Assembly (NCBI GenBank): GCA_963795075.1
Contig: CAWCFY010000002.1
Span: 164,180 to 228,179, forward strand
Reading direction: 5' to 3'
DNA length: 64,000 bases
Source: an uncultured Actinomycetota bacterium
Lineage (GTDB): Bacteria > Actinomycetota > Actinomycetes > Propionibacteriales > Nocardioidaceae
The position numbers and the translations under genes were made by a program. Positions 18,638 through 28,880 of the stretch are shown piece by piece (the first letter of the stretch is position 1; every line of letters begins with the position of its first letter). The notes under the pieces were generated by a model. That model saw only the letters and a program-made list of their open reading frames with translations, was not told where the DNA came from and searched no databases.

Positions 18638-19736
18638 TCAGGCGGGCATGTGAAGGGGCGCGCCGGACGGCGCTGCTTGCTCCACGACGGTCACGAAGGT
18701 CGAGGTCATGGCACGCAGCAGCGCGCCGTATCCCACGCCGAAGGTGAGCTCGTCGCCGACGACGGCTCCGTGGTCGCCGAGGTCGACCACCAGGTGGTCG
18801 CTGCTCGCACCCAGCACGGCGACGCCTTCCGGCGCGACCAGCCCGGCCGGCTCGACGTCCTGACGACCGACCGCGAGGATGCCCTGCCGGACCAGTACGC
18901 CACCCGGTCGTACAGACGGCAGGCCGAAGGCTGTCTCGGCGAGGGCGCCCCAGGGGACGGCCGGTTTGGTGCGCACCTCGACCAGCTCGGCGACCAGGGA
19001 CATCGCGTCGGTGCGCAGGCCGGCCACGGGATGCCGGGACAGGGGGTCGAGCCCCAGCAGGATGGCCTCGCCGAGACGCAGCTCGTCGATCCGGCCGGTG
19101 TCGCCCGTAGTCCAGGGCCCAGCCCAGGTTGGCGGAGTTGCCGCCGGAGACCACGGACAGGGGCGCTTCGACGGCCTCCTCGACCTCGTCGGCGAGGACG
19201 GAGAGCAGGTGCATGTTGGTCTCGTCGGGCACCACACCGCTCTGACAGGCCAAGTTGGTGCCGATGCCGGCGAGCTCCAGGCCCTCCAGGTCGCGGACGA
19301 CGAGTGCGAGCGGCACGAGGTCGGCCGGCAGCACCCCCTCCCGAAGGTCGCCGAGCTCGACCATCAGCACGACAGCGTGTGTCGTACCCAGTCGAGCCGC
19401 GGCTCGGGAGAGGGCCTCGAGCACCGATCTCTCGGTGTTCAAGCTCATCGACGCATGTCGTACGACAGCGTCGACCTGACTGATCATGGGGAGGCGAATC
19501 AGCGTGCGCGGGGCGGGTACGCCGGCGATCTCCAGCCGCTCCAGGTTCTCCACCCGCGAGTCGCCCAGCGCACTCGCGCCTCCACGCACCATGGCGGCGC
19601 CGATGCCCGGCGACCCGAGCGCGGCCTTCGTCACGCCCGTGACTCGGATGCTCTGAGGAGCGAGGCGGTCCACCAGCGTCCGGGTGTTGGTCTCGACCGC
19701 TTCGAGATCGACCTCGAGGCGGGGGGCGTCGCTCAT
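18638..19736 (-). pseudogene. Alanine/ornithine racemase-family PLP enzyme, one frame disruption
   Basis: N-terminal part: MSDAPRLEVDLEAVETNTRTLVDRLAPQSIRVTGVTKAALGSPGIG...SGGNSANLGWALDYG. The frame switches near 19104 and continues DTGRIDELRLGEAILLG...DHLVVDLGDHGAVVGDELTFGVGYGALLRAMTS. Confidence 0.75.
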
Positions 19737-20867
19737 CGTGTGGACGTGACGCGCGTGCTCCTGAGCGCTGGGAAGGCGTCGAGGACCATGGCGACCAGCT
19801 GGTCGAGCGGGCGCGTCAGCGGGTCCGTCGCAGGCAGCCCGAGGTCGAGCTCGATCTCGTCGATCGCCCGGCCGATCGCGGCGTCTCCGTCCATGCCCTC
19901 GTGGTTGACGGTGATGCCGATGACCCGGGTCTCGGCGAAGCTCTCGATGAGGGCGACCTCGCTGGCCACGCTCGGCATCGCCACCATCGGGAAGTCACCG
20001 AGCACGCGCCGTTCGGGGGCGTGCTGGACGATGACGCCGGCCGGTCGGCTGCCTCGCAGGATGTGGGCCGAGGTCAGGTACGCGGGGTGGCTCAACGCGC
20101 CCTGCCCCTCGACGACGATCACGTCCGGGTGCTCGCCCTCGAACGCTGCGACGACCTCAGCCTCCACCTCGCCGGAGCAGAACTGGGGGACGAGCGCGTC
20201 CAGCGCCACGCCGTACCGGCCGCCCTGCATGATCGTGGTCTGGCCGGTGCCGACGAGCACGGCCCGGACACCGTGCTCGTTGAGCGCGCCGGACGAGCAG
20301 GGTGGCGGTGGTGCGCTTGCCGATGGACCCGTCGGTGCCGAGGACCGCGATGCGCGGGCAGGTGACCTCGGTGATGCGACCGGAGAACAGCCGGAGGTCC
20401 TTCTTCTCCCGCGGGCGACGAACGTCGGTGATGGTCACGTCGCGCAGGAGAGCCGCCGCCACGAACTCGGCGTCGTCGTTGAGGAACTCGTGGAGCCCGT
20501 TGACCACGTGCATGCCCTGCGCGATGCCGTCGAGCAGGACCACCCGCTGCTCGGCAGACAGCAGCCCGTCGGCCGGTGCCAGCCCGCAGATGAGGTAGTC
20601 CGGCACGTGGCCCGCGTGCGCGACGGCCTCGGCCAGGTTCGCCAGCACCGGGATGCCGTTGGGGAGGTCGTCGAGGAACTCCCCGGCGTCGGCACCGGCG
20701 GCGTGGCTGTCGACGACGCTGATGACGTCGTACTTTTCGGAGTGCCGGACCAGCCCATTGGCGGTCTTGCCGTCCTGTTCGCCGAACTGGCCCTCGCAGT
20801 AGACGACGGCAGTGCTGCCCGCGGGGAGCGACGGCGAGGAAGAGTGGACAGGCGACGACACGGGCAA
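19733..20867 (-). pseudogene. DUF1611-family protein (DgcN-like), one frame disruption
   Basis: TTG or GTG start at 20867/20861 after AGGAG. Translation: AVVYCEGQFGEQDGKTANGLVRHSEKYDVISVVDS...IAVLGTDGSIGKRTTATLLV. The frame switches near 20290 and continues LVGTGQTTIMQGGRYGVALDALV...VVEGQGALSHPAY. Confidence 0.7.
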
Positions 20868-21061
20868 TGCTGCTCCTCTGAAAGGCTCAGAGGAGGCGAC
20901 GGGATCGTCACCGGACCAGTGGACCGGCAGAGAACGAGGCGTCCGCCCTGAGGGCCCGGCAGATGTGCCGGAAACCATCACACTACCAGTGGCTTCGCCG
21001 GTCTGGCGCCATGACGTGGTCCCGCCAGGGGGACACCCGGTCCGGGCCCGACCGGCGTCGG

Positions 21062-21716
21062 TCAGGTCGTCGCGACGTACACGGTGGCGGTCGACTCGCC
21101 CCGCGTCAGCGGGTTCGGGAAGGTGATCACTTCGGCGGCCGTGCTCGCGAAGACCTCGTCCAGCGCTGCCTGGAAGTCGGCGTCCGGAGGATCGTCCGAC
21201 CACAGCGCGAACACCCCGCTCGGAGCCAGGTGTCGGCGTAGGTCGCGCAGGCCGTCGGCGGTGTAGAACGCCGCGTGGCTGGGGTGGAGCACGTGTCGCG
21301 GGGTGTGGTCGATGTCCAGCAGGATCGCGTCGAAGCGCTCGGGGACCGCGTCGTCGAAGGATCTCGTCGCCGCGCACCAGCGCGAAGAAGTCACCCTCGA
21401 CCAGTCGGGTGCGCCCGTCCGCGTTGAGGACGGCGGCGTCCGGGAGCAGGCCCTCCCGGTGCCAGCGGATCACGGCCCCGAGCGCGTCGACGACGGTGAG
21501 GGTGCGCACCCGGTCGTCGTCCAGCGCCGTGACCGCGGTGTAGCCGAGGCCGAGGCCGCCGACCAGGACGTCGAGGTCCGCGCCCGGGGTGGCAGCCAGA
21601 CCCATGGTGGCCAGGGCCCGCTCGGCCACGGTGAACAGGCTCGACATCAGGAACTCGTCGTCGAGCTTCACCTCGTAGAGCTCGACCTCGAGCTGCGGGT
21701 CGACCCGGCGCCGCAA
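21062..21716 (-). pseudogene. Spermidine-synthase-like class I methyltransferase-fold protein, one frame disruption, start unclear
   Basis: N-terminal part: LEVELYEVKLDDEFLMSSLFTVAERALATMGL...DVLVGGLGLGYTA...VEGDFFALVRGDEI. The frame switches near 21360 and continues FDDAVPERFDAILLDIDHTPRHVLHPSHAAFYT. Coding-like sequence (GHTISRRFEELAAEETRLGLIT) continues upstream of 21716 without an ATG, GTG or TTG. Confidence 0.6.
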
Positions 21717-21888
21717 CGTGATCAGGCCCAGCCGGGTCTCCTCGGCGGCGAGCTCCTCGAACCGTCTGCTGATGGTGTGCCCCTCGCTGCCGCTCGACGT
21801 GCCCCGCGCGTTGCGTGGGGCCTGACCCGAGGGTAGGCCAGCCGGGCGCGACGAGCCGCCGTGGCCGGAGGTGCGTGCCCCGTCGAGC

Positions 21889-22611
21889 TCAGCCGTCGAA
21901 TTGGGCGTCGACGGCGTCGGCGAACGCGGCCATCGAGGGGAACTCCAGGTCGTAGTGCCACTCCTCGGCGGGCTCCGGGGTGGCCCCCCAGCCCGGCCGG
22001 TCGTGGCGCCGGTTGATCCACACCGAGCGCAGCCCCCGCTGCCGGGCCTGCACGTGGTCGTGGAACAGGCTCTGCGCCACGTGCACCGCGCGGGTGGCGT
22101 CCACGCCCCACTCGTCCAGCGTGCGCTCCAGCACGCGGAAGTGTGGGTCCGCGGGCTTGTAGGCGCCCACGTCCTCGGCGGTGATCACCGCCGCGAACTC
22201 ACCGCGCAGCCGCTCGTTGCTGGCGGCGAACCCGTCGCGGTGGATGTTGGACACGATGACGAGCCGGTAGTGGCGGGCCAGCCGGGCCAGGGCGTCGGTG
22301 GAGTCGGGGAACGCCGGCCAGTCCGGCACGGACCCGCCGAGCCGCTGGGCCCACGCGTCGTCGACGGGCCGGTCGAGCTCGCGGCCCACCCGCCGGAACG
22401 CCGCGGCCAGCACCTCCGGGTAGAGCGCGCCGGGGCGCTTGCGGGCGACGGTCGCCTCGTGACCGGCGTACGTCGTCAGCAGCTCCTCGTCGCTCGCGTC
22501 GAGCCCCACCTCGTCGGCCCACGGGCGGAGCACGGCGGCGATGCCGGCCTCCCAGTCGATCAGCGTGCCGTAGCAGTCGAAGCTCAGCACCTCGACAGCG
22601 GTGAGGTCCAT
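21889..22611 (-). CDS. HAD-superfamily hydrolase, haloacid dehalogenase type II-like
   Basis: 240 aa, with the FDCYGTLIDWE nucleophile motif. Confidence 0.8.
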   Translation of the reverse strand: MDLTAVEVLSFDCYGTLIDWEAGIAAVLRPWADEVGLDASDEELLTTYAGHEATVARKRPGALYPEVLAAAFRRVGRELDRPVDDAWAQRLGGSVPDWPAFPDSTDALARLARHYRLVIVSNIHRDGFAASNERLRGEFAAVITAEDVGAYKPADPHFRVLERTLDEWGVDATRAVHVAQSLFHDHVQARQRGLRSVWINRRHDRPGWGATPEPAEEWHYDLEFPSMAAFADAVDAQFDG

Positions 22612-22633
22612 CGCGCGCTCCTCCGTGTTGTCG

Positions 22634-24055
22634 TCAGGACACCGCGGCCCTGTCTGGCGCGGTCCGCTTCTGGCTCGGCCCGCCGGGGACGGCGAGGCTG
22701 ACCACCACGAGCGTGACCAGTGTGACCGGCAGCGAGACGATGATCGCGTTGAGGTCGAACGGGCGGCCCAGCTGCTCCCAGGTGACGGTCACGACCGTGG
22801 CCACCACCATCGAGGAGATCGCGCCCCACTTGCTGGCCCGGCTCCAGAAGAAGATGGCCAGCACGGGCGGCGCGATGGCCACGCCGTAGACGGTGTAGGA
22901 GTACATCTGCAGCTCGAGCACGGTGGGGAAGAACCGGCCGAGGATGTACGCCACGGCGCCGATGCCGAGGATCGCGAGCCGGTGCACCTTCAGCCGCTGG
23001 GAGTCGCCCATCTTGACGCCGAACATCCGCTGCACCGCGTCGTACACGACGTTGCCGGCGCCGGAGAGCAGGAACGACGAGCCGGTGGTGATGATGAACG
23101 CCAGCGCACCGGCGAGGAGCAGGCCGCCGATGACGGTGGGCAGGTAGCCCTCGGAGGCCAGCGAGAGGACCGCGCTGTCCGGGGCGATGTCCGGCAGCAG
23201 GATCACCGCGGCCGAGCCCAGCAGCGCCACCGGCACGGTGACCAGGAAGCTGGTCAGGAAGAAGCCCGCGGTGGCCTTGCGGGCCTCGTCCTCGTCACGC
23301 GAGGCACCGAGCCGCTGGTACATGTTCTGGTCGGCCAGGATCAGCATGAACAGCGGCAGGAAGAAGCCGAGCAGCTGCAGCGGCGAGAGGCCTCCGCTGA
23401 TCGAGGTCGAGGTCTCGGGCAGCTTCGACCAGTACTCGCCCACGCCGCCGAGGTCGCCGCCCAGCACCAGCGGCAGTGCGACCGCCAGGCCCATCACGAT
23501 CACCAGCGCGGAGAGGAAGTCGGTCCAGGCGACCGACTTCAGGCCGCCGCCGACGGCCAGGAACGTGACCAGCAGCGTGACGACCACGGCCCCCTGGCCG
23601 GGGGACAGCGGGGTGATCACGCTGAGGATGCGGCCGCCGCCGGTGAACTGGTAGGCGACGATGCCGGTGTAGGCGAGGATCGTGATCACGGCCGCGATCA
23701 GGCGCACCGTGACGCCGTACCGGCTCTCGAGCAGCTCGGGCACCGTGTAGGTCGACTGCTGCCGGATCCGCTTGGCCACGAAGTAGAGCACGATGATGCC
23801 GACCGGCGTGCCGGCCATGAAGAAGATCGAGGCGAGCGGGCCGTAGGTGTAGGCGAAGCTGGCGCCGCCGATGATCGTGCCGGAGCCCACCCAGGTGGCG
23901 AGCAGGGTGCCGATCATGACGGGGCGGGGCAGGTTGCGGCCCGCGAAGACGAAGTCGTCCCCGGTCGCCACCTGCCGGGAACGGCTGAACCACAGCCCGA
24001 CGCCGACCATCACGGCGAGGTAGACGACGAGGATCGTCACATGAGTTGTCTGCAC
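22634..24055 (-). CDS. Sodium:solute symporter (SSS) family transporter
   Basis: 473 aa, polytopic, hydrophobic throughout, with SSS-like organisation. Confidence 0.85.
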   Translation of the reverse strand: MQTTHVTILVVYLAVMVGVGLWFSRSRQVATGDDFVFAGRNLPRPVMIGTLLATWVGSGTIIGGASFAYTYGPLASIFFMAGTPVGIIVLYFVAKRIRQQSTYTVPELLESRYGVTVRLIAAVITILAYTGIVAYQFTGGGRILSVITPLSPGQGAVVVTLLVTFLAVGGGLKSVAWTDFLSALVIVMGLAVALPLVLGGDLGGVGEYWSKLPETSTSISGGLSPLQLLGFFLPLFMLILADQNMYQRLGASRDEDEARKATAGFFLTSFLVTVPVALLGSAAVILLPDIAPDSAVLSLASEGYLPTVIGGLLLAGALAFIITTGSSFLLSGAGNVVYDAVQRMFGVKMGDSQRLKVHRLAILGIGAVAYILGRFFPTVLELQMYSYTVYGVAIAPPVLAIFFWSRASKWGAISSMVVATVVTVTWEQLGRPFDLNAIIVSLPVTLVTLVVVSLAVPGGPSQKRTAPDRAAVS

Positions 24056-24138
24056 GTGGGGTTCCCTACTCAGCTCGGCTCCGCCGGGCGCTCGAGCCCG
24101 GCCTCGAACCGTCCATGAAACCCGAGTCGTCCACAGAG

Positions 24139-24154
24139 TGCAACGGTTGTTGCA
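24139..24154. promoter_or_regulatory. Palindrome TGCAAC-N4-GTTGCA upstream of the symporter operon (candidate RpiR operator)
   Basis: TGCAACGGTTGTTGCA, 84 nt upstream of the symporter ATG. The same arms recur at 25053..25068. Confidence 0.35.
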
Positions 24155-24172
24155 GAACTGTGTTGTCGCCCC

Positions 24173-25069
24173 TCAGCCCCCGTCGGGGAACAGCCCGAAG
24201 CGGGTCCACAACGACTCCGCCCGGTCGCTGGCGGTGCGGGCCCGCTCCTCGTCCAGCGCGATCAGGCTGGCCAGGACCGCGTGCACGACCGTCACCGGCC
24301 CGGTCAGGGAGGGGAACATGCTGGCCCCCTCGCTGGGGACCAGCACCAGCTCGTCGGCGAGGTCCAGCATGTCGCCGGAGGTGTGGTCGGTGACCAGGAC
24401 GACCCGTACGCCGAGGTCTGCGGCAACGCGGGCGGCGTTCATGATCTCGGTGGGGGAGCGCCACAGCCGGAAGACGACGAGGCAGTCGCCCTCGGCCAGG
24501 CGGGAGACGGCGTTGAGCAGCGCGGTGCCGCCCTCACGCTGCAGCCGGACGTCGTACCCGACGGTCTGGGCGATGTGGGCCAGCTGCAGTCCGGGGGCGG
24601 CGAAGCTGCCCGAGCCCAGCACCACCGTGGTCTGTGCCTCGTGGATGAGCCGGGCGACGCTCTCGACCTGCTCCGGGTCGAGCATCTGGGAGAGGGCCTG
24701 GAGGTTGCGCAGGTCGCCCCGGACGGCGGCCCAGGCCGGAGACTCCGCGCCGGCGGCGTGCTCGCTGAGCACCTCGGACGCCGAGAGGCTGGACAGGTAG
24801 CGCGACCGGGCCTCGGCGCGCAGGGCCGGCCAGCCGGTGAAGCCGAGCAGCTGCGCCGCGCGCACCACGGTGGCGACGTTGACCCCGGCCAGGTCGGCCG
24901 CGTCCGAGGTGCTGGCGTAGGACATCTGGTCGGCGTGCGCGGAGAGCGCCCGCAGCACCTTGAGCGCGCCCTGGCTGGGGTCCCGGTCGCCGAGGCGCTG
25001 GCGCAGCCAGTCCTGCAGCCCGGGCTCGTGCGTGGTGGTCACGCCAGCATTGTGCAACAGATGTTGCAT
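24173..25069 (-). CDS. MurR/RpiR-family regulator (HTH plus SIS domain)
   Basis: 298 aa: GALKVLRALSAHADQMSYASTSDAADLAGVNVATVVRAAQLLGFTGW, followed by a SIS-like half. Confidence 0.85.
   Translation of the reverse strand: MQHLLHNAGVTTTHEPGLQDWLRQRLGDRDPSQGALKVLRALSAHADQMSYASTSDAADLAGVNVATVVRAAQLLGFTGWPALRAEARSRYLSSLSASEVLSEHAAGAESPAWAAVRGDLRNLQALSQMLDPEQVESVARLIHEAQTTVVLGSGSFAAPGLQLAHIAQTVGYDVRLQREGGTALLNAVSRLAEGDCLVVFRLWRSPTEIMNAARVAADLGVRVVLVTDHTSGDMLDLADELVLVPSEGASMFPSLTGPVTVVHAVLASLIALDEERARTASDRAESLWTRFGLFPDGG
25053..25068. promoter_or_regulatory. Second TGCAAC-N4-GTTGCA palindrome, overlapping the first codons of the RpiR gene
   Basis: TGCAACAGATGTTGCA. It lies in the divergent RpiR/amidohydrolase region. 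Confidence 0.35.
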
Positions 25070-25128
25070 CTACCGACAGAGGTGGGGCAGGATCGCGAGA
25101 CAAGCAACCGAGCAGAAGAGGTGGGTGC

Positions 25129-26364
25129 ATGACCGCGGACGTCCTCGTCCTGCGCAACGGCCGAGTGTGCGACGTCGAGTCGCAGGAGGTGCTGTCCGGC
25201 CACGACGTCGTCGTCTCCCAGGGCCGGATCGAGGCGGTGGGGACCCAGCTGTCCGCCCCGTCCGGTGCCGTGGAGATCGACCTCGACGGCCGCTACGTCA
25301 CCCCGGGGCTGATCGACGCCCACGTCCACGTCACCGCGGCCAGCGCCGACCTCGGGCAGCAGGCCGAGGACTCGCCGTACTACGTGGCGGCGCAGACCTC
25401 GGCGCACCTGCGCGGGATGCTGCACCGCGGGTTCACCACGGTCCGCGACGTCGGTGGTGCCGACTTCGGGATCGCCCGCGCCGTGCGCGAGGGCCTCTGG
25501 GCGGGACCGAAGGTGTTCTTCGGCGGCAAGGCGCTCTCGCCCACCGGGGGCCACGCCGACATGCGCGGTCCCGGCCGGCAGGTGCTCGACAACCACGTCT
25601 GCTGCGCCGGCATCGGCGTCGTGTGCGACGGCGTGGACGGCGTACGGCGGGCCGCGCGGGACCAGCTGCGGACCGGGGCCGACCACATCAAGGTGATGCT
25701 CTCCGGTGGGGTGGCCTCGCCGACCGACCGGATCGACTCGCTGCAGTTCTCCGTCGACGAGATCGCCGCCGTGGTCGAGGAGGCCACCAACGCCAACCGC
25801 TACGTGACCGGCCACGCCTACACCGCCGCCGCCGTCAACCGGGGACTCCAGCTCGGGGTGCGCTGCATCGAGCACGGCAACCTGATCGACGACGAGAGCG
25901 TGCGCCTGTTCGTGGAGAAGGACGCCTACCTGGTGCCCACCCTGGTGACCTACGAGTTCCTGCGCTCCGAGGGCGCGGCCGCGGGCCTGCCGGCGGAGAG
26001 CCAGGAGAAGGTCGGCATCGTCCTCGACGCCGGCCTCGAGGCCCTGGAGCGAGCGTGGCGGGGTGGCGTCAACATCGCGTTCGGCACCGACCTGCTCGGC
26101 AGCATGCAGGTGCACCAGAGCGAGGAGTTCCGCATCCGCGGACGGGTCCAGCCCGCCGCCGAGGTGCTGCGCTCGGCCACCGTCGTGGCCGCCGACCTGC
26201 TCGGGCTCACCGGCCGGGCCGGCGTCGTCGCCGAGGGGGCGACCGCGGACCTGCTGGTCGTCGACGGCAACCCGCTCGAGGACGCCGAGGTGCTGGCCTC
26301 GCCGGACAAGACGCTCCGTGCGGTGGTCCAGGACGGCCGGATGGTCCTCGACCGGCTGGCCTGA
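25129..26364 (+). CDS. Metal-dependent amidohydrolase-superfamily protein
   Basis: 411 aa, with the PGLIDAHVHV HxH motif. Confidence 0.8.
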   Translation: MTADVLVLRNGRVCDVESQEVLSGHDVVVSQGRIEAVGTQLSAPSGAVEIDLDGRYVTPGLIDAHVHVTAASADLGQQAEDSPYYVAAQTSAHLRGMLHRGFTTVRDVGGADFGIARAVREGLWAGPKVFFGGKALSPTGGHADMRGPGRQVLDNHVCCAGIGVVCDGVDGVRRAARDQLRTGADHIKVMLSGGVASPTDRIDSLQFSVDEIAAVVEEATNANRYVTGHAYTAAAVNRGLQLGVRCIEHGNLIDDESVRLFVEKDAYLVPTLVTYEFLRSEGAAAGLPAESQEKVGIVLDAGLEALERAWRGGVNIAFGTDLLGSMQVHQSEEFRIRGRVQPAAEVLRSATVVAADLLGLTGRAGVVAEGATADLLVVDGNPLEDAEVLASPDKTLRAVVQDGRMVLDRLA

Positions 26365-26365
26365 C

Positions 26366-27577
26366 ATGGCGCTCGTCCTCCGCGACACCCACCTGTGGGA
26401 CGGCCTGTCGTCCGACGTACGCCGCTGCGACGTGGTGTGCCGCGACGGCCGGGTCGCGGAGATCACCGACCCCGGCGCGGCGCGTGCCGGCGACGAGGAC
26501 GTCGCCCTCGACCTGGACGGGGCCACCGTCGTCCCCGGTCTCGTCGACGCGCACGTGCACCTGGTGTGGTCGGGCGGGTCCGACCCGGTCGGCCTGGTCG
26601 ACCGCGAGGGCGAGCAGCTCACCCTCCTCCGCGCGGCCGGGCACGCCCGGGACCAGCTGCGCGCCGGCGTCACCACGGTGCGCGACCTCGGCAGCAACTG
26701 GGACGTGGCCATCCACGTCGCGCGGGCGATCGACCGGGGCGCCATCGAGGGCCCGACCGTGATCGCCGCCGGTCGGACGATCATCATGACCGGCGGCCAC
26801 GACCCGTTCTGGGGGGTCCCGTGCGACGGGACCGACGCGGTGGTGCGCGGCGTACGCGGACAGGTCGCCCAGGGGGCCGAGGTCATCAAGACCGCCGCGA
26901 CCGGCGGGGTGTACGGCCAGGCCGAGGGGGAGGAGGTCGGCGCGAGCGAGCTGAGCTACGACGAGCTCGACGCGCTGACCAGCGAGGCCCACCGGCGGGG
27001 GCGGAAGGTCGCCGCGCACGCGCTCGGCAGCGAGGGGATCCGCAACGCGGTGGCCGCCGGGGTGGACACCGTCGAGCACGGCGTCTTCCTGACCGAGGAC
27101 ATCGTCGAGTGGATGGCCCGCCAGGGCACGGTGCTCTGCCCCACGGTCGCGGTCTACCGCCGGATGGCGGCCGGGCACGCGCCGGACTACGCGGTCGCGA
27201 AGGCGCTCGACGTGGTGGCGGCGCACCGGACGAGCGTGACGATGGCGCTGGACGCGGGGATCCCCGTGATCGCGGGCACCGACGCCGGCGCACCCGGGAT
27301 GCCGCACCCCAGCCTCGTCGACGAGATCGAGGCACTGGTCGACTGCGGGATGTCCGTGCTCGACGCGCTCAAGGCGGCCACGTCGCGCGCCGCGGATGCG
27401 TTGGGACGGCCGACCGTCGGGCGGGTCGAGCCCGGCAGCCCCGCCGACCTGCTCATCGTGGATGGCGACCCGCTGAGCGACCCCGGAGTGCTGCGCTCGG
27501 TGGTCGGCGTGGTCCGGCACGAACAACTGGTGCACGAAACCCGACGGGCCCCGGTCCTCGACCGGGTGCCGGGATGA
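26366..27577 (+). CDS. Metal-dependent amidohydrolase-superfamily protein (paralogue)
   Basis: ATG at 26366 lies 2 nt after the upstream stop. Contains PGLVDAHVHLVWSGG. Confidence 0.8.
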   Translation: MALVLRDTHLWDGLSSDVRRCDVVCRDGRVAEITDPGAARAGDEDVALDLDGATVVPGLVDAHVHLVWSGGSDPVGLVDREGEQLTLLRAAGHARDQLRAGVTTVRDLGSNWDVAIHVARAIDRGAIEGPTVIAAGRTIIMTGGHDPFWGVPCDGTDAVVRGVRGQVAQGAEVIKTAATGGVYGQAEGEEVGASELSYDELDALTSEAHRRGRKVAAHALGSEGIRNAVAAGVDTVEHGVFLTEDIVEWMARQGTVLCPTVAVYRRMAAGHAPDYAVAKALDVVAAHRTSVTMALDAGIPVIAGTDAGAPGMPHPSLVDEIEALVDCGMSVLDALKAATSRAADALGRPTVGRVEPGSPADLLIVDGDPLSDPGVLRSVVGVVRHEQLVHETRRAPVLDRVPG

Positions 27578-27587
27578 GGAGGACGAC

Positions 27588-28509
27588 GTGGCAGTGACGA
27601 CCCTCGACGCAGAAGCGATCCGGGACGCGGTCCCGATGCCCGACGCCATCGAGGCGGTCCGGCAGGGCTTCCTGGACCTCGCCGCCGGCCACTTCGAGAT
27701 GCCGACCCGGACCGCGTTGAGCGACGGTCAGTTCCTCGACATGGCCGTGCACCACCGTCCGTCGGGCACGGCGATGTTCAAGACGCTGAGCCTCAACTTC
27801 GACGGACGCGATCCCGCGATCGTCGGCACCGTCGTCTGGAGCGACCTGGCGCGGGCCGACCAGCTCGTCGCCGACGCGGGGGCGGTCACCACCCTGCGCA
27901 CCGGCGCGGTCACGGGGGTGGCCACCGACCTGATGGCCTCGCCGGACGCGCGCCGGCTGGTCGTCTTCGGCACGGGTGCCCAGGCCCCCGACCAGGTGCG
28001 CGCCGTGCTCGCCGTACGGCCCGTCGAGCACGTCACCCTGGTGGGCCGCGACGCCGCGCGAGCGGAGCGGCTGGCCGACCGGGTGCGCACCGAGTTCGGC
28101 GAGGTGGAGGTCGAGACAGCCCTGGACGCGGAGAAGCCGTTGGCGCAGGCGGACGTGGTCTGCTGCGCGACGACCGCCCAGGAGCCGCTCTTCGCGCTGG
28201 ACGCGCTGCCCGAGCAGGTGCACGTCAACGCCATCGGCGCCTTCCGGCCGACGATGCGCGAGCTCCCCGACGAGCTGCTCGCGGGCGGCCTCGTGGTCGT
28301 CGACGAGCGGGAGGCGATCCTGGAGGAGTCCGGCGAGATCCTGCACGCGATCGACGCCGGCCTGGTGCGTCGCCGACGACCTGGTCGAGCTCGGAGCCGC
28401 ACTCACCGACGGCGTCACCCGGACCCCGCGCACCTCGTTCAAGTCCGTCGGCGTGGCGGTCCAGGACTGGGCCGTGGCCCGGCTGCTGGCGGCCCGCTGC
28501 CTCGGCTGA
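27588..28509 (+). pseudogene. Ornithine cyclodeaminase/mu-crystallin family protein, one frame disruption
   Basis: Contains VTTLRTGAVTGVATDLMA and VVFGTGAQAPDQV. The frame switches near 28368 and the C-terminus continues ADDLVELGAALTDGVTRTPRTSFKSVGVAVQDWAVARLLAARCLG. Confidence 0.75.
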
Positions 28510-28552
28510 CGCCCTGTCGTCGGTCGCGCCCCGCAGATGCTGGTCGAGCAGA

Positions 28553-28829
28553 GTCGAGACCCCGTACGCCGAACAGCAGCCGCAACCCAACGCTGGTTGA
28601 GCTTGTCGAAACCATCCCGCGCCGGTCGAGCAGGCGACCTGTCCTGCCGGTCAGCAGCGCTGCCAGCTGTTCCGCTGGTCGAGCCACCGCGCCGGTCGAG
28701 CGAGTCGAGCCCGTCGAACAGCTGCCGTAACGCGCTGGTCCTGAGCCCAGTCGAAGGCGAGCGGTCAGTCGAGACCCCGTACGCCGAACAGCAGCCGCAA
28801 CCCAACGCTGGTTGAGCTTGTCGAAACCA
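28553..28829 (+). repeat. Two identical forward copies of a 62-nt repeat (28553-28614, 28768-28829)
   Basis: Both copies read gtcgagaccccgtacgccgaacagcagccgcaacccaacgctggttgagcttgtcgaaacca. The spacer contains sub-motifs (gccggtcgagc, ctgagcccagtcgaagg) also seen in the 30.7-31.25 kb array. Confidence 0.85.
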
Positions 28830-28880
28830 CTGGCCGTCGTGGCACCCGCGCCGCGTGACGAGCCGTACGTCTCGTGCTCG

